A stretch of 64,000 nt of DNA, taken from IMG/VR virus record IMGVR_UViG_3300050821_009413, positions 17,490 through 81,489 of that record; one strand, 5' to 3'. Numbering within the stretch: position 1 is the stretch's first letter; the number at the start of each line of letters is the position of its first letter. The position numbers and the translations under genes were made by a program. Origin of the DNA: a virus. Its lineage: Duplodnaviria > Heunggongvirae > Uroviricota > Caudoviricetes. Under the pieces are notes generated by a model that had not been told where the DNA came from, did not search any database, and was given only the letters and a program-made list of their open reading frames with translations. Of the stretch, positions 20,405 through 30,698 are shown one piece after another.

Positions 20405-20788
20405 TTAAACATTCGTGTTCAAAAGTTTGCATTGGTGCACTGGGCGGCGCAACAGCGGGTCTCGGGTGTGGGTGCCGGTTTCGATGATCCGATCGGTAGC
20501 CCCGAGCACGCCGGCGTCTTGCAGTCCTTTGAGGACCCCTTCGGTGTCGCCGTAATTACGTAGGAACACCGATCCAGGCGGTGGGACCTCGCCCATATCC
20601 ACTAAGCTCACTGTGGCGTCGCATAAGATCTGCCCGTAGCGGCCAATCAGGGTCAGTTTGGTGCTGCCGTCAGGGTAAGTTCCTGTGCGGACGGTGACAT
20701 AATTGTCGCGCCAGATTTTAGCGCGTAGTTGAAACGTCACGGAACGACCCCTTCTTGTTGGCCTTGTCCGTCTGATGGTAAGCCTCAT
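20405..20788 (-). CDS. Hypothetical protein
   Basis: ORF; YxDGS..ATV.L..P..VFL..Y..EG.L..L..AG pattern; start uncertain. Confidence 0.5.
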   Translation of the reverse strand: MRLTIRRTRPTRRGRSVTFQLRAKIWRDNYVTVRTGTYPDGSTKLTLIGRYGQILCDATVSLVDMGEVPPPGSVFLRNYGDTEGVLKGLQDAGVLGATDRIIETGTHTRDPLLRRPVHQCKLLNTNV

Positions 20789-20932
20789 TACGTAGCCATT
20801 TGGCTTAACCGCGCCGTGTCAACGATGTTTGATCAGGGTGACTATGATCCACGCCAGCGACGGCGGCCCGGTCAACCAGCCCGCCGTGTAGGGGAGATTG
20901 TGGATGAGGTCATGCACCATCTGCGCGTTCAT

Positions 20933-21568
20933 TTAGGCGTGCTGTAGATATTGGGGGCAGTAGGCTTGGATCGCGGCCTGAACTGTTCCGTTGGCTTCTT
21001 GCCATGTGAGCGGCTTCCCGGTGTCGGGTTCTTTGTATTTGTCCATGAGCGCCTCAGCCGCTGAGCTGGGTGTGGCACCAGGCTGCGCCAGGTAGTCGCA
21101 TTGCTGGTGGCCGAGCACGATCAGCACATCAGGGTCGGCGACCCCAAGTCCTGTGAGCTGGGAGAACAAGCGCAGGTAAAGCTCGTCTGGGGTTTCCGGC
21201 GGCGGCGTGACTGTGGTGGTGAAGGTTCGCGGTGCTTGCGCAGTCACTGGTGGCGCAGCGACGGTTGAAGAACGTTGGGACGGCGGCTGGTAGGACACCA
21301 AGAAGATCACGATCGCCGCGCCGATGGCGACCGCCAGGGCCGCGGCCACCGTTTTGATTACAGCGTCCCGGAATCCGCGCTGTTCGATGGGTGCCGGCTC
21401 GGTCAGCGGATAGTCCACCACCTCCGGACCGTTGACCCACGCCCGGGCGTACGGGTCGGCCCACGCGGCATATGCCAGCCCGGTTTGCGCGTCGGCGTCG
21501 GCGGCTTCACCCGTCATGGTCGAGGCGTCTGCGGTTCCTTCCAGCAGCTTTCCCTGTTCGGGATCCAT
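20933..21568 (-). CDS. DUF732-like membrane protein
   Basis: One TM helix, then D..YL..L..G...CDYL..A...YCPQY. Confidence 0.75.
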   Translation of the reverse strand: MDPEQGKLLEGTADASTMTGEAADADAQTGLAYAAWADPYARAWVNGPEVVDYPLTEPAPIEQRGFRDAVIKTVAAALAVAIGAAIVIFLVSYQPPSQRSSTVAAPPVTAQAPRTFTTTVTPPPETPDELYLRLFSQLTGLGVADPDVLIVLGHQQCDYLAQPGATPSSAAEALMDKYKEPDTGKPLTWQEANGTVQAAIQAYCPQYLQHA

Positions 21569-21896
21569 GGCTCCTCCTCAGGGGTGGCGATACATCATTG
21601 GATAGGTATGTTGTCTCACCGGTGAGACGCTGCACCGGGATGTTTTCTGGGTCTTCGTAGCTGCGCAGCGACAGCCCTCGGGCTTCGGCCTCTTTGATGT
21701 ATTTGGTTTCAGTGACCCGGTTGTGGCAGGGCCTGCATAGGTGCAGGATGTTCGCTGGTATCCACTTGCCGCCCAGGCTGCGGGGAACGCGGTGGTGCAT
21801 GTCGCAGGCCCGGGCTGCGCAGCAGCCTTCACAGATCCCGCCGGATCTGCCGGCCACCGCCGCCCGGGTGTCCGACTCGTTCCATGCGTGTGGCAC
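21507..21896 (-). CDS. HNH endonuclease
   Basis: RSGGICEGC..HHR..RSLGG..NILHLC..CHN. Confidence 0.8.
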   Translation of the reverse strand: MPHAWNESDTRAAVAGRSGGICEGCCAARACDMHHRVPRSLGGKWIPANILHLCRPCHNRVTETKYIKEAEARGLSLRSYEDPENIPVQRLTGETTYLSNDVSPPLRRSHGSRTGKAAGRNRRRLDHDG

Positions 21897-22075
21897 GCAT
21901 TCATTTTGCCGTGTGAGCTAGCCATTTCTCGCCGGCGCTCTTAGCGCCACGCTCGGTTTTATAAAGTTTCGGCCCCACGTATTCGGCACCACCGGGGGTG
22001 ATGTACCGGAACCGGAACTCGCCGTCTTTGGTTTTCATGACATCAACCTCGCCGCCAGCTACGACGGACTGGTTC

Positions 22076-22297
22076 TTAGTCGCCACGGGACTGCTCCGAT
22101 TGCAGGCTGCGTATAGCTTCTTCGATATAGCACAGCGCGGAGAAAAACTCGGAGAACGCGAACACCGCGGTGACTGTCCAGGTTATCGACCAGCCATGAG
22201 GGCTGTCGTGAAAGATGTTGAGGAAAACGGATCCAAGGATGGCCAGCAGCCAGATGATGTGCCGGTTGCGTGTCGCTTTCATGCGGCGCGCGTCCAT
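22076..22297 (-). CDS. Small membrane protein
   Basis: Two hydrophobic segments; coupled to neighbours. Confidence 0.5.
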   Translation of the reverse strand: MDARRMKATRNRHIIWLLAILGSVFLNIFHDSPHGWSITWTVTAVFAFSEFFSALCYIEEAIRSLQSEQSRGD

Positions 22298-22569
22298 TAG
22301 GCCTCATCCATGCCGTCGTAAATGATCTCCTCGAGGGGTGGGTAATCGACGTTGGACTCGGCCCGCGCTGCGCGGCGCAACTGCCGGACTCCTTTGACGG
22401 CGTAGATCACCACGTCGAGCGCCAACCAAACGATCAGGCAGGTCACGAACTGGCCCCAGGTGGGCTGTGGGGTATGCACCCACAGCCCACCCAGCCACAC
22501 CGCCAGCATCCCGAAGGCCAGGCCAACGGTCGCCTGCATCAGTTGGTTCCGCTGTTCATGGACCACCAC
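22297..22569 (-). CDS. Small membrane protein
   Basis: Two hydrophobic segments. Confidence 0.5.
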   Translation of the reverse strand: MVVHEQRNQLMQATVGLAFGMLAVWLGGLWVHTPQPTWGQFVTCLIVWLALDVVIYAVKGVRQLRRAARAESNVDYPPLEEIIYDGMDEA

Positions 22570-23447
22570 GTGGCCAGCCGGGGTCCGCTCTTGCCACGGT
22601 TGTAGGTTTCCACGACCGCCACCGCGATAGCGTGGGCAACTGAGATGTCGTACTTCAGTTTAAGGCGCTCCGCCTCGCCCTTGAGGCCATTCACGCCGCC
22701 CCTCTTAGCGGCAAGGCGAGCGATCAAGACGCTCTCGTTGAAGCCGCCGACACCGTACATTTCCACGAACGAACCCACGCCCTCGGTCACTTTCGCGGCG
22801 AACCCGGGCATGCCGAACGAATCGCGGATAATCCGCAGCGTCGCCGCCAACACCTCAGGTCCTGCATGGCTGTAGATCTTCTGCACCGCACCGACGCAGC
22901 CGATACCGTCACGCTGCCCACCGATACTGAGGTCCGCGGCCCGAACGATACGGTCGATGTCGCACTCGGCTTCGCGGCCAGCGATAACACCCTGCTTGTA
23001 CTTGTCCAGGCCCGACACCGGCTTGGTATCGTTGAGGGCCAAAAACTTGTCGGCCTCCTCGGCCTCCGACAGCCCCTTATAGGTCCAGCACTGAAGCAGC
23101 TGGTCTTCCCAGCCGAGCTGGATCACGGACAGGTAGCGGTGCCCGCCGTCGATGACCCAGTAGGTGCCGTCGCGGAAGTTCACAGTCAACGTCCCAAACT
23201 TGTCGGGATCGAAATGCCTCGTGATGTCATCGATCTTAGCGATGCTGCTGGCGGTGTCGTGGCGGCGCTGGGCCACCTCGGAGATCCGCATCAACGCGAC
23301 AGGAATCCACTCAAGGTGCTTGTCGCCGCTGCTGATCTTATCGTGGGCCACAACAGGCTGTCTACGGGCCTGCCGCGGTGCCGGCTTCACACCGTTACCG
23401 GTATCGGGCTTAACCAAAGTGGTGGCCCGTCCTGCTCCTCGACTCAC
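22539..23447 (-). CDS. ParB-like (DUF6551-type) protein
   Basis: FDPDKFG.L.V..YWVIDGGHR..EEA..F..LN. Confidence 0.7.
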   Translation of the reverse strand: MSRGAGRATTLVKPDTGNGVKPAPRQARRQPVVAHDKISSGDKHLEWIPVALMRISEVAQRRHDTASSIAKIDDITRHFDPDKFGTLTVNFRDGTYWVIDGGHRYLSVIQLGWEDQLLQCWTYKGLSEAEEADKFLALNDTKPVSGLDKYKQGVIAGREAECDIDRIVRAADLSIGGQRDGIGCVGAVQKIYSHAGPEVLAATLRIIRDSFGMPGFAAKVTEGVGSFVEMYGVGGFNESVLIARLAAKRGGVNGLKGEAERLKLKYDISVAHAIAVAVVETYNRGKSGPRLATWWSMNSGTN

Positions 23448-24790
23448 TTATCTTGCTCCTTTACTTTGTTGAGGAACTTCCTGATGGTGTCCATCGACCG
23501 AAAGACATCGGTGATGTCATCTTTGTGGTTGGTCAGATCCACTTCCCATGGATCTGTTTCCTCGGCGATGAACGCCAAGCTGTTCATGGTGATGAAAATG
23601 TCGGTCATCACCTTTCTGGCCGCGGCGGTTTTCCGGACTTTGCGCGGCGGCGGGGCATCTGTTATCTCTTGGAGGATCTGGGGCGCTGACTCGGTGGCGG
23701 TCAACTGGGTTCTTCGCACGTCGTCCAGGCGTAAAGCTGGAAACCCGACGCCATATCGTGCCCTGTAGAACTGGTTCTGAAGTGTCGATATCGCCAGATG
23801 TCCCCCATGGTTGGCGGGGAACAGGAACGCGTCCATGTCAGGCTCAACGTACTGCACCAAGTGGTCTTTAAGGGCCGGAACCAGAGCTTCTGGAATCACC
23901 ACATCCCGCGGCGGGGTGCGACTACCGGGCTTCATAACGTAGACGATGAAGCTGGTGCGGCTCTTCACGGCCCGCCGAACACGGATCAGCCTTTCGTCGA
24001 TGTCGATGTCGCCGCGGCGAAGCTCTTGAAGCTCCCCAAAATGGAGCCCGCACCACGCAGTGAGAAGTACCAACATCTGGTACTTCTTGGGCATGGCCTT
24101 GGCTAGCTTAGCCACCTCGTCTAACGTCAAAGACGTCCCGCCGGTAGGCGCTGGCTTCTCTGGCTTCGGCTCAGGCTTTCGCACCGCGCGACACAGCCGA
24201 GCGACATTGGTCCGCGACAAGCCGGTCTGAGTTCCGTCGCGGGCCTGCGTGAGCACCTGCTCAAACTCCTCATCTGTTAAGCCGTCAGTCAAGGCGTACA
24301 CGCCGTTGTTCCCCTCGTCTCCGGACAGCTCCTTCTTGGGGAGTAGGTTGCAGATTTTTTGGGGGTGCCGGTTCTGCCCTTTGACGGCGACTTCGCCATG
24401 CTGTTGGGCGTCGCGGATCGTCTGGCCGAGCTTACGGTCGGCGCGGCGGCTAAGTTCCATCGCGTCGAACTTCAAATCCTTCAGCCTAAGCTCGACGCAG
24501 ATCTTCTGAATCGCGTTCGCCTGCGACCTGTATGCGATGACACCGGAGATGTCGCGTACCACCGCGGCTGCGCCCAGCCCGGCACGCGCCTGCGTTAGGA
24601 GCGTCTCTACCTCACGGGCTTGGCTTTCGGGGTGCAGCGACAGCAGTATGCGTCCCTGTTCTTCGGCTGGCATGTCAGCCAGCGACGGCTGGTGACCGTT
24701 TTTGGCTTGCCCGGTCTGCGCCTGGTAAGATTGTTTAGACAGCCCGTTGGCTTGTCTTGGCCGGCTAGCGGCCTCCGATCCCTTTGCCAT
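23444..24790 (-). CDS. Chimeric protein with inserted, catalytically degenerate tyrosine-integrase core
   Basis: WCGLHFGELQELRRGDID..RDV.IP..LFP..LRLDDVRRT; no catalytic Tyr segment; ATG at 24790. Confidence 0.65.
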   Translation of the reverse strand: MAKGSEAASRPRQANGLSKQSYQAQTGQAKNGHQPSLADMPAEEQGRILLSLHPESQAREVETLLTQARAGLGAAAVVRDISGVIAYRSQANAIQKICVELRLKDLKFDAMELSRRADRKLGQTIRDAQQHGEVAVKGQNRHPQKICNLLPKKELSGDEGNNGVYALTDGLTDEEFEQVLTQARDGTQTGLSRTNVARLCRAVRKPEPKPEKPAPTGGTSLTLDEVAKLAKAMPKKYQMLVLLTAWCGLHFGELQELRRGDIDIDERLIRVRRAVKSRTSFIVYVMKPGSRTPPRDVVIPEALVPALKDHLVQYVEPDMDAFLFPANHGGHLAISTLQNQFYRARYGVGFPALRLDDVRRTQLTATESAPQILQEITDAPPPRKVRKTAAARKVMTDIFITMNSLAFIAEETDPWEVDLTNHKDDITDVFRSMDTIRKFLNKVKEQDK

Positions 24791-24905
24791 ACCTAAAAGT
24801 ATATCACACCCCGGTACCATAACCAATTCTTGGGGTACAGCGCAGCCCGCTGGCGTTACGGCGCGCCTCACCGAACTTGTCATACCCTGGTGTTTTAGTG
24901 ACGGC

Positions 24906-25778
24906 ATGACAGTCGCGGGACATCGCCGCGGCGACCCAGAGTTCATCGCCCCTGGCAGCGAAGCGCACGGTCGCCTCATCACCGCAAGCAAGGTGGCCTC
25001 TATATTAGGGGTCTCCCGCTGGGAATCCGCCTACTCCCTTTGGCACCGCATGCGCGGCAACATCCAATCCGAACCCGCCAAAGACATCTACAACGTCGGG
25101 TTGGCGTTCGAGATGGCGCTGGCTGAACTGTGGAAGATAGAGCACCCCGGCTGGCGGCTATCAGCCGGGGAAGTGCAGTTCGTGTCCGACAGGTTCGGGT
25201 TCCCCGCCATGGCCACCGTCGACCGCAGAGCGATGCGCGGCAAACACCGCCGCATAGTGGAATTCAAAATCGCCCGCGACCTAGGCGAGTGGGGAGACCC
25301 GGAGCTGTCCGGTGACCTGCCCATGGACTACGTCACCCAGGTCATCTTCCAACAAATGGTTTCCGGGATCACCGACACCGCCGATGTGGTCCTCATGTCG
25401 GCGTGGTTCAAACACTTCACCTACCACGTTGAACACGACCAGACGGTCGCCGACTGGATCGCCAAAGAATGCCTCCAATTCTGGCAGTCCCTACAGACCG
25501 GAGACGCACCAGACCTGGACGACTCGGTGTCCACCTACGCGTGCGTGAAGGCGCTGCACCCAGAGATCGACGGCACCGAAGTGGAGGTGCCGGCAGAACT
25601 GGTGATCCAACTCCGGGAGATCAGAAAGGGGATCGGCGAGATACAGGCCAAGCAGCTCGCCCTGCGCGCCCAGCTTCTCGACCTGATGGGAAACGCCCAA
25701 TACGCCCACGTCAACGGAGAAACGGTCGCCAGACGGCAACGCGGCCCTAAGAACGGTGTGGCATTGATGGTGTTATAA
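24906..25778 (+). CDS. YqaJ-like viral recombinase exonuclease
   Basis: ITASKVASILG.S.W.S..G..E..ATVDR..EFK..QV..QQ. Confidence 0.85.
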   Translation: MTVAGHRRGDPEFIAPGSEAHGRLITASKVASILGVSRWESAYSLWHRMRGNIQSEPAKDIYNVGLAFEMALAELWKIEHPGWRLSAGEVQFVSDRFGFPAMATVDRRAMRGKHRRIVEFKIARDLGEWGDPELSGDLPMDYVTQVIFQQMVSGITDTADVVLMSAWFKHFTYHVEHDQTVADWIAKECLQFWQSLQTGDAPDLDDSVSTYACVKALHPEIDGTEVEVPAELVIQLREIRKGIGEIQAKQLALRAQLLDLMGNAQYAHVNGETVARRQRGPKNGVALMVL

Positions 25779-25849
25779 AAATCTGCGATTCCACCACCGA
25801 CACGGCGCGTCACTAGCAGGAGCGGCACTGCCGTGTATATGGTACCCGA

Positions 25850-26476
25850 ATGGCAAATGGTGGACTTACTCATGAGCATCGAGAGCTGGCAAGGCGTACG
25901 GCAGTCGAGCGGCAGGTGCGCCACGATGAACGGCGTGATCCTGACAAGCAGATCGCACGTCGTTGCGCCCTTGCGTCACAGGCCTGCACCGGGATCACGG
26001 AATTGCTCGGTCAGTATGGTTGGCACAATGACAGCCACGGCGCGTGTAAGCATTACGTTGGAATCCTCGGCGATATAACTGCTTGTGTTTGTTTTAGGTG
26101 CTCGCCTGATCTACAGTTTCGTCCGGGTGGTGACGGAGGAATCGATTTGTTCCTCCCGATAACTTCCCCAAGCGGTAGGGTTTGGGATTATCCGGCAGAC
26201 GTTAAGGTCTCAACATTTCGTGATGCCGACCCACACCTACGTTGCCCCATTAATCAGTTTCACGAAAAAATCAATGATTTGTCGGTGATTTATATTGCTG
26301 GCTCATACGATAGCCGCAGCGACGACGTCGAATTGAAAGGCTGGCAACGTGGACCTGATCTGATTTCCAGCACCCCTAGGACATACGGACCTTATCGCAC
26401 GTTTAATTATTGGTGCCGGTATAACGAACTGCGGCCTATTTCCGACCTACTAAGCTTGATTCGTCCATCTAACTGA
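25850..26476 (+). CDS. Putative PD-(D/E)XK nuclease-fold protein
   Basis: GD..A..DGGID..DVK spacing; visibly more AT-rich than flanks. Confidence 0.4.
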   Translation: MANGGLTHEHRELARRTAVERQVRHDERRDPDKQIARRCALASQACTGITELLGQYGWHNDSHGACKHYVGILGDITACVCFRCSPDLQFRPGGDGGIDLFLPITSPSGRVWDYPADVKVSTFRDADPHLRCPINQFHEKINDLSVIYIAGSYDSRSDDVELKGWQRGPDLISSTPRTYGPYRTFNYWCRYNELRPISDLLSLIRPSN

Positions 26477-26587
26477 CTCGGAACCGATGGTCACCTTCTT
26501 AGGTTTGTCGGTGGAGGTGCATACCGTTCAGAACAGGAAGCTTCCTGATCATCACCGCCACAACGCAACCAGAGAAGGGCTAATACG

Positions 26588-27517
26588 ATGACCGAGCAAG
26601 ACATCCAGGTGTACGAACCGCAGGAAGTCGCCGCCGCCGGCCCGCTGCAGCGCCTCGAGCAAGAGGCCGCCGCGATGGAGCTGGCGTACAAGATCGCCAA
26701 AGGCCTGTCACACAGCGGCATGGTGCCAGAGCACTTCCAGTTCAATGCGAAGCCCCGCGGCTGCACCGACATCCGCGGCGAAGCCGCCATCTATGACCTG
26801 GCCGCGGCGATCCTGTACGGGGCGGAACTCGGGATGAGCGCCGCAACGTCGGCGCAGAACATCTTCATCGTCAAAGGAAAGCCCGCCGTCTACGCCCGAA
26901 CGATGGCCGCCCAGGTGCGCCGCGCGGGCTTCCGGATGGAAGAAGTGGAGGCCAGCGACGAACGCGTTGTGTGGCGCGCGGAGCGCGACGGGCACTGGGC
27001 CAGCTCCGAATGGACCATCGAACGGGCTAAACAGGCCGGCTACACAGCTAACGAAAAGTACACAAGTAACCCTCAGGAGATGCTCAGGGCGAAGTGCATT
27101 GCGGAGGTTTGCCGCATCCAGTATCAGGACGTTCTACTCGGCATGTCCTACAGCGTTGAAGAATTACAACTCGATAACGTTACGGTCCAGCGGGTTGTCC
27201 GTCGCGACGCTCCGGGGGTGGCTCGGGGAGCCGCCGCGCTGCGAGAGTTAGCTGAGAAAGCCGCGCAGGAGGCACCCGCGCCGCCCGCACCGGAAGCTCC
27301 CCCTGGGGAACAGTCCACTACAGAGGTAGTTTTAGCGAGTAACGACCAGGTAAAAACCATCGAAAAGCTATACAAGGAGGCTGGCGTAACCGGTCCGGCG
27401 CTGCTAGACGAAATCACCCAGTTCCTACAGCTAGACAAAAGACTGGCCGGTCTACCTGACCTCACCCGTGAAGACGCCGAAGAGCTACTGGAAGTGTTGC
27501 AGCCGCCCACAACCTGA
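26588..27517 (+). CDS. RecT-like single-strand annealing protein
   Basis: AAILYGAELG..I..VKGKP..WTIERAKQAG..Y..P.EML.A; follows YqaJ exonuclease. Confidence 0.75.
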   Translation: MTEQDIQVYEPQEVAAAGPLQRLEQEAAAMELAYKIAKGLSHSGMVPEHFQFNAKPRGCTDIRGEAAIYDLAAAILYGAELGMSAATSAQNIFIVKGKPAVYARTMAAQVRRAGFRMEEVEASDERVVWRAERDGHWASSEWTIERAKQAGYTANEKYTSNPQEMLRAKCIAEVCRIQYQDVLLGMSYSVEELQLDNVTVQRVVRRDAPGVARGAAALRELAEKAAQEAPAPPAPEAPPGEQSTTEVVLASNDQVKTIEKLYKEAGVTGPALLDEITQFLQLDKRLAGLPDLTREDAEELLEVLQPPTT

Positions 27518-27871
27518 CCCGCCAGTAAACATCTGTTTGGACGTACGTACCACTTTTCCCAGCAAACCCCAGGATGGACACTTGCCTAATTACAACGATG
27601 TAATTTTTGCCAATAGCTTGGGAAACGCGTGCGTCAATAATAGGGTTTCCACGTCTTATTTCAGTACCTCTCGTGCAGCGGGGATCGGCGGAACAGAACT
27701 TAGTTCTACCGAGGGGCTCACCGGGATACCGACCGCATGGGGCAGAAGGGAACAAGGTAGTTACCGAGATGGCCACCCTAGGAAAATGGTACGGGTCGGG
27801 AAGATGCCGCGGACACAGAAGGTAACCCCAGAAGTCTTCCGAAGCGCGCATCCAAGACGCGAGGCCACCTG

Positions 27872-29020
27872 ATGGCCGAGTACGGGAAACTTTTCTCGAG
27901 CATCTGGACGAACAGCGACTTCCGGAAACTAGCCGCACGTGAACAGCAGCTGTACTGCCTGCTGATCTCGTTCCCCACCCGCAGTCTCGCCGGCGTCCTT
28001 CCGTTGACCATCAAGCGATGGGCTAACTGCACAGAAGACGCCACCGAGGCGAACATCACCGAAGCGCTCAGCGCCCTAGATGCCCTCCGATTCATCGTCG
28101 TGGACTGGCAATCCGAGGAACTCCTCGTTCGAACATTTATTCGAAACGACGAGGTTTACAAGCAGCCGAACCTCATGAAGGCGTGCCTAAAGGACGCCCA
28201 AAAGACCGAATCTACGGCCCTGAGGCAGGTTCTTCAGAGGGAATTATTAGGCCTCCCGGAGCACAGAAACAAGGAATTGACGGAGATCGTCGCAAACAAG
28301 CTGGTAGAAACCCCTAGCGAAGGGTTCCCGGAGGGGATCTCGAAGCCATCCGGAACCCTTGTTGAAGTGATAACCGAGAAACCGGAAACCCTTCTCGAAC
28401 CCATCCTCGAAGGGTGCGGTGTAGGTGTAACTACAGTAAGTAACCCACCTACACCTACACCTGCAGCCTCCACCGACACCTACACCGAACACCTGCACCC
28501 AAGTGGTCAAGTAAGCGGTAAGCGATCTGTAAGCAACGCGCGAGAACGAAACGACTCCAGCCGACAGCCCGATCGCATGGGCCGCCCCGAAATGTCGCTG
28601 ACCGTCCTGGCGGGCGGAAAAGAGTCGGTCCCCGAAGTCCCGCCGCCCGACCGGCGAGCCAACGTGAACTCCAACGATCCAGACGCACGGGCCATGGTCG
28701 CCGCCACCGTCCCCAAGGAAATCCTGGTCTCCGGGAAAACCGCGTGGGGTCTCAGAACGCACGTCGCTACGCTGCTGCACAACGGTGCCGATCCGCAGAT
28801 TCTCGAAAGGACCCTGCGGAGGTGGGTCCAGTCCTCAGGGGTGTACCCGGGCGACGTGCCCCACATGTACGCTGAGGAAGTCAAGGCCGCGGCAGGCCCA
28901 CTTGCGCCGCGCAACGCGCCCAGGCTGTCGCCGGTCGACGAAAAAGCGATGAGCTACCAGCGCAGACGCCAAGAGGTCGAACGCGAAGAAGCGATGGAAA
29001 TCCAAGGAGAACTCGAATGA
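27872..29020 (+). CDS. Phage replication initiator (RepA-like)
   Basis: YGKL..IW..DF..L N-terminus; internal iteron-like repeats; followed by helicase-loader-like gene. Confidence 0.7.
   Translation: MAEYGKLFSSIWTNSDFRKLAAREQQLYCLLISFPTRSLAGVLPLTIKRWANCTEDATEANITEALSALDALRFIVVDWQSEELLVRTFIRNDEVYKQPNLMKACLKDAQKTESTALRQVLQRELLGLPEHRNKELTEIVANKLVETPSEGFPEGISKPSGTLVEVITEKPETLLEPILEGCGVGVTTVSNPPTPTPAASTDTYTEHLHPSGQVSGKRSVSNARERNDSSRQPDRMGRPEMSLTVLAGGKESVPEVPPPDRRANVNSNDPDARAMVAATVPKEILVSGKTAWGLRTHVATLLHNGADPQILERTLRRWVQSSGVYPGDVPHMYAEEVKAAAGPLAPRNAPRLSPVDEKAMSYQRRRQEVEREEAMEIQGELE
28307..28500. repeat. Iteron-like repeats inside rep gene
   Basis: Recurrent GAAACCC(C/T), CGAAGGG and ACACCT(A/G)CACC motifs. 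Confidence 0.45.
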
Positions 29021-29406
29021 TCAAACGCACCGATATCCTGGACGCGCTGACAAAATGCGTCGGCTACGACCCGATCCATGCGCCCACGCAATCTCCGCGG
29101 ATCATGGAAGAGGCTTGGGTTGATCACTTCGCGCTTTACCCCGCGCTAGGTCGGGACGATCTGATGGACGCGGTCCGGGAGTATTACCGGACTCCTGCGC
29201 GGCCTTGGCCGCAGCCGGCGGACTTGTCGAGCATCGCCCGGGCTAAGCAGCGGGACGCCGCTGACCGGGCACCGCTGCCGGAGATCACCCAGGCGGTGCC
29301 GGCGTCAGCGGAGGTCCGAGAAAAAAACATGGCTGAGATTCGCCGTGTGCTGTCGAAACTGTCCGGCAGGCACTCTCTCCCTAGGGACGGGTCGAATGGG
29401 CTTTGA
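29017..29406 (+). CDS. Helicase loader/inhibitor-like protein
   Basis: AW..L..DD..DAV..YY..P.PAD..; ATGA-coupled to rep. Confidence 0.55.
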   Translation: MIKRTDILDALTKCVGYDPIHAPTQSPRIMEEAWVDHFALYPALGRDDLMDAVREYYRTPARPWPQPADLSSIARAKQRDAADRAPLPEITQAVPASAEVREKNMAEIRRVLSKLSGRHSLPRDGSNGL

Positions 29407-29674
29407 GGACGAAGCTGACGGCTATTTCGAAGGTCCTGTGGACAAGTATGGGCAGCCGAAAATCTCAAACGATCCCCTTGACATCGAAGTGAGGTTCCAA
29501 AAAGAGGGGCCTGTCCTGTACCGGTGGGTGTGGGATTCGGAAACCAAGGGGGCCTATGTGGGGCCGTGGCGCGAATCGCGAAAACAGGCGTGGGATGAGG
29601 GCGAACGCTGGCTGCAGTCTGGTAGGTTGTGACGCAGTTGCCGGCCAGGTGGCTGGCGTAACCGAGGAGAACAC

Positions 29675-30313
29675 GTGACCGACGCCAATAAAACCCTGAT
29701 CGGTATCCTAGTGGACCGCAGCGGCTCGATGCAGTCCTGCAAGACCGACATGGAGGGCGGCATCAACACCCTGATCGAGGAGCAGGCCGAGCAGCCGGGT
29801 GACTGCGAAGTCACGTTGGCGCAGTTCGACACCCAGTACGAGTACGTGTGGGAAACCAGGGCGATCGCCAAAGCCGAGAAATACAAGCTGACGCCGCGCG
29901 GTGGGACCGCGCTCCTGGACGCGATGGGCAAGTTCATCACCGAGATCGGTGAGCAGCTGGCCGACCGTAAAGCCGCTAAGCGGCCCGGGAAAGTGGTGAT
30001 CGTGGTCGTCACCGACGGGTACGAGAACTCGTCCAAGGAATGGACTCGATCCGACGTGAAAGACCTGGTGACTCAGCAGAAGAACATCTACTCGTGGGAG
30101 TTCATGTTCCTGGGTGCCAACATGGACGCGGTCGCCGAGGGCGGCAGCATCGGCATCAGCCCGCGCGCCTCAATGACATTCGATGCGCAGAACTCCGCCG
30201 CGGTCGGGGCGGCTTACGCCGCCACCAGCAACCTGATTTCGGGTTACCGCGGCGGCCAGTCGATTCAGTACACCGAAGCTGACCGGGCTAACGCGGGCGG
30301 TCAATCCAACTGA
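29675..30313 (+). CDS. von Willebrand factor A domain protein
   Basis: DRSGSM MIDAS; TALLDA; TDGYENSS; FLGAN. Confidence 0.9.
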   Translation: MTDANKTLIGILVDRSGSMQSCKTDMEGGINTLIEEQAEQPGDCEVTLAQFDTQYEYVWETRAIAKAEKYKLTPRGGTALLDAMGKFITEIGEQLADRKAAKRPGKVVIVVVTDGYENSSKEWTRSDVKDLVTQQKNIYSWEFMFLGANMDAVAEGGSIGISPRASMTFDAQNSAAVGAAYAATSNLISGYRGGQSIQYTEADRANAGGQSN

Positions 30314-30698
30314 CCGACCGTAGGATTTGGACGCGTGACGGCTGGGCGGACCTGCGGGCTATGCAGGATTTCCGCACAGAGAGCGGTGTGCAGGCGATGA
30401 TCGACCAGTACGCGAACAGCTTGCCGGCGGAGTTACAGGACGCGACCCGCGACGTGTATGTGCGCGCCTACCGGCGCGCCGGTTTGTTGCCGGGCAACCC
30501 GGATGAGATCGGTACCAGGCTTCCGGCTTTGCGGAACCCGGAAAAGCCAGTAGAGTGTGATTCAGCCTCCGCATCCGCTGCTTGGACTTCGGATGCGGAG
30601 TGCCCTCCAGGTCCGGGGACGGCCAGAGACGGCATGTCACCCATCGACAATTTGCCGTCCCCGGATCCCGCGGGACCCGAAACCTGAGGAGAAATCGA

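Noticed and set aside
23444-24790. Functional integrase / prophage boundary
   Set aside because: Catalytic residues altered, Tyr segment absent, no att-like site seen.
29675-30313. vWA gene as Ro60/TROVE partner of the Y-like RNAs
   Set aside because: Stand-alone 212-aa vWA with no TROVE domain, 26 kb away.
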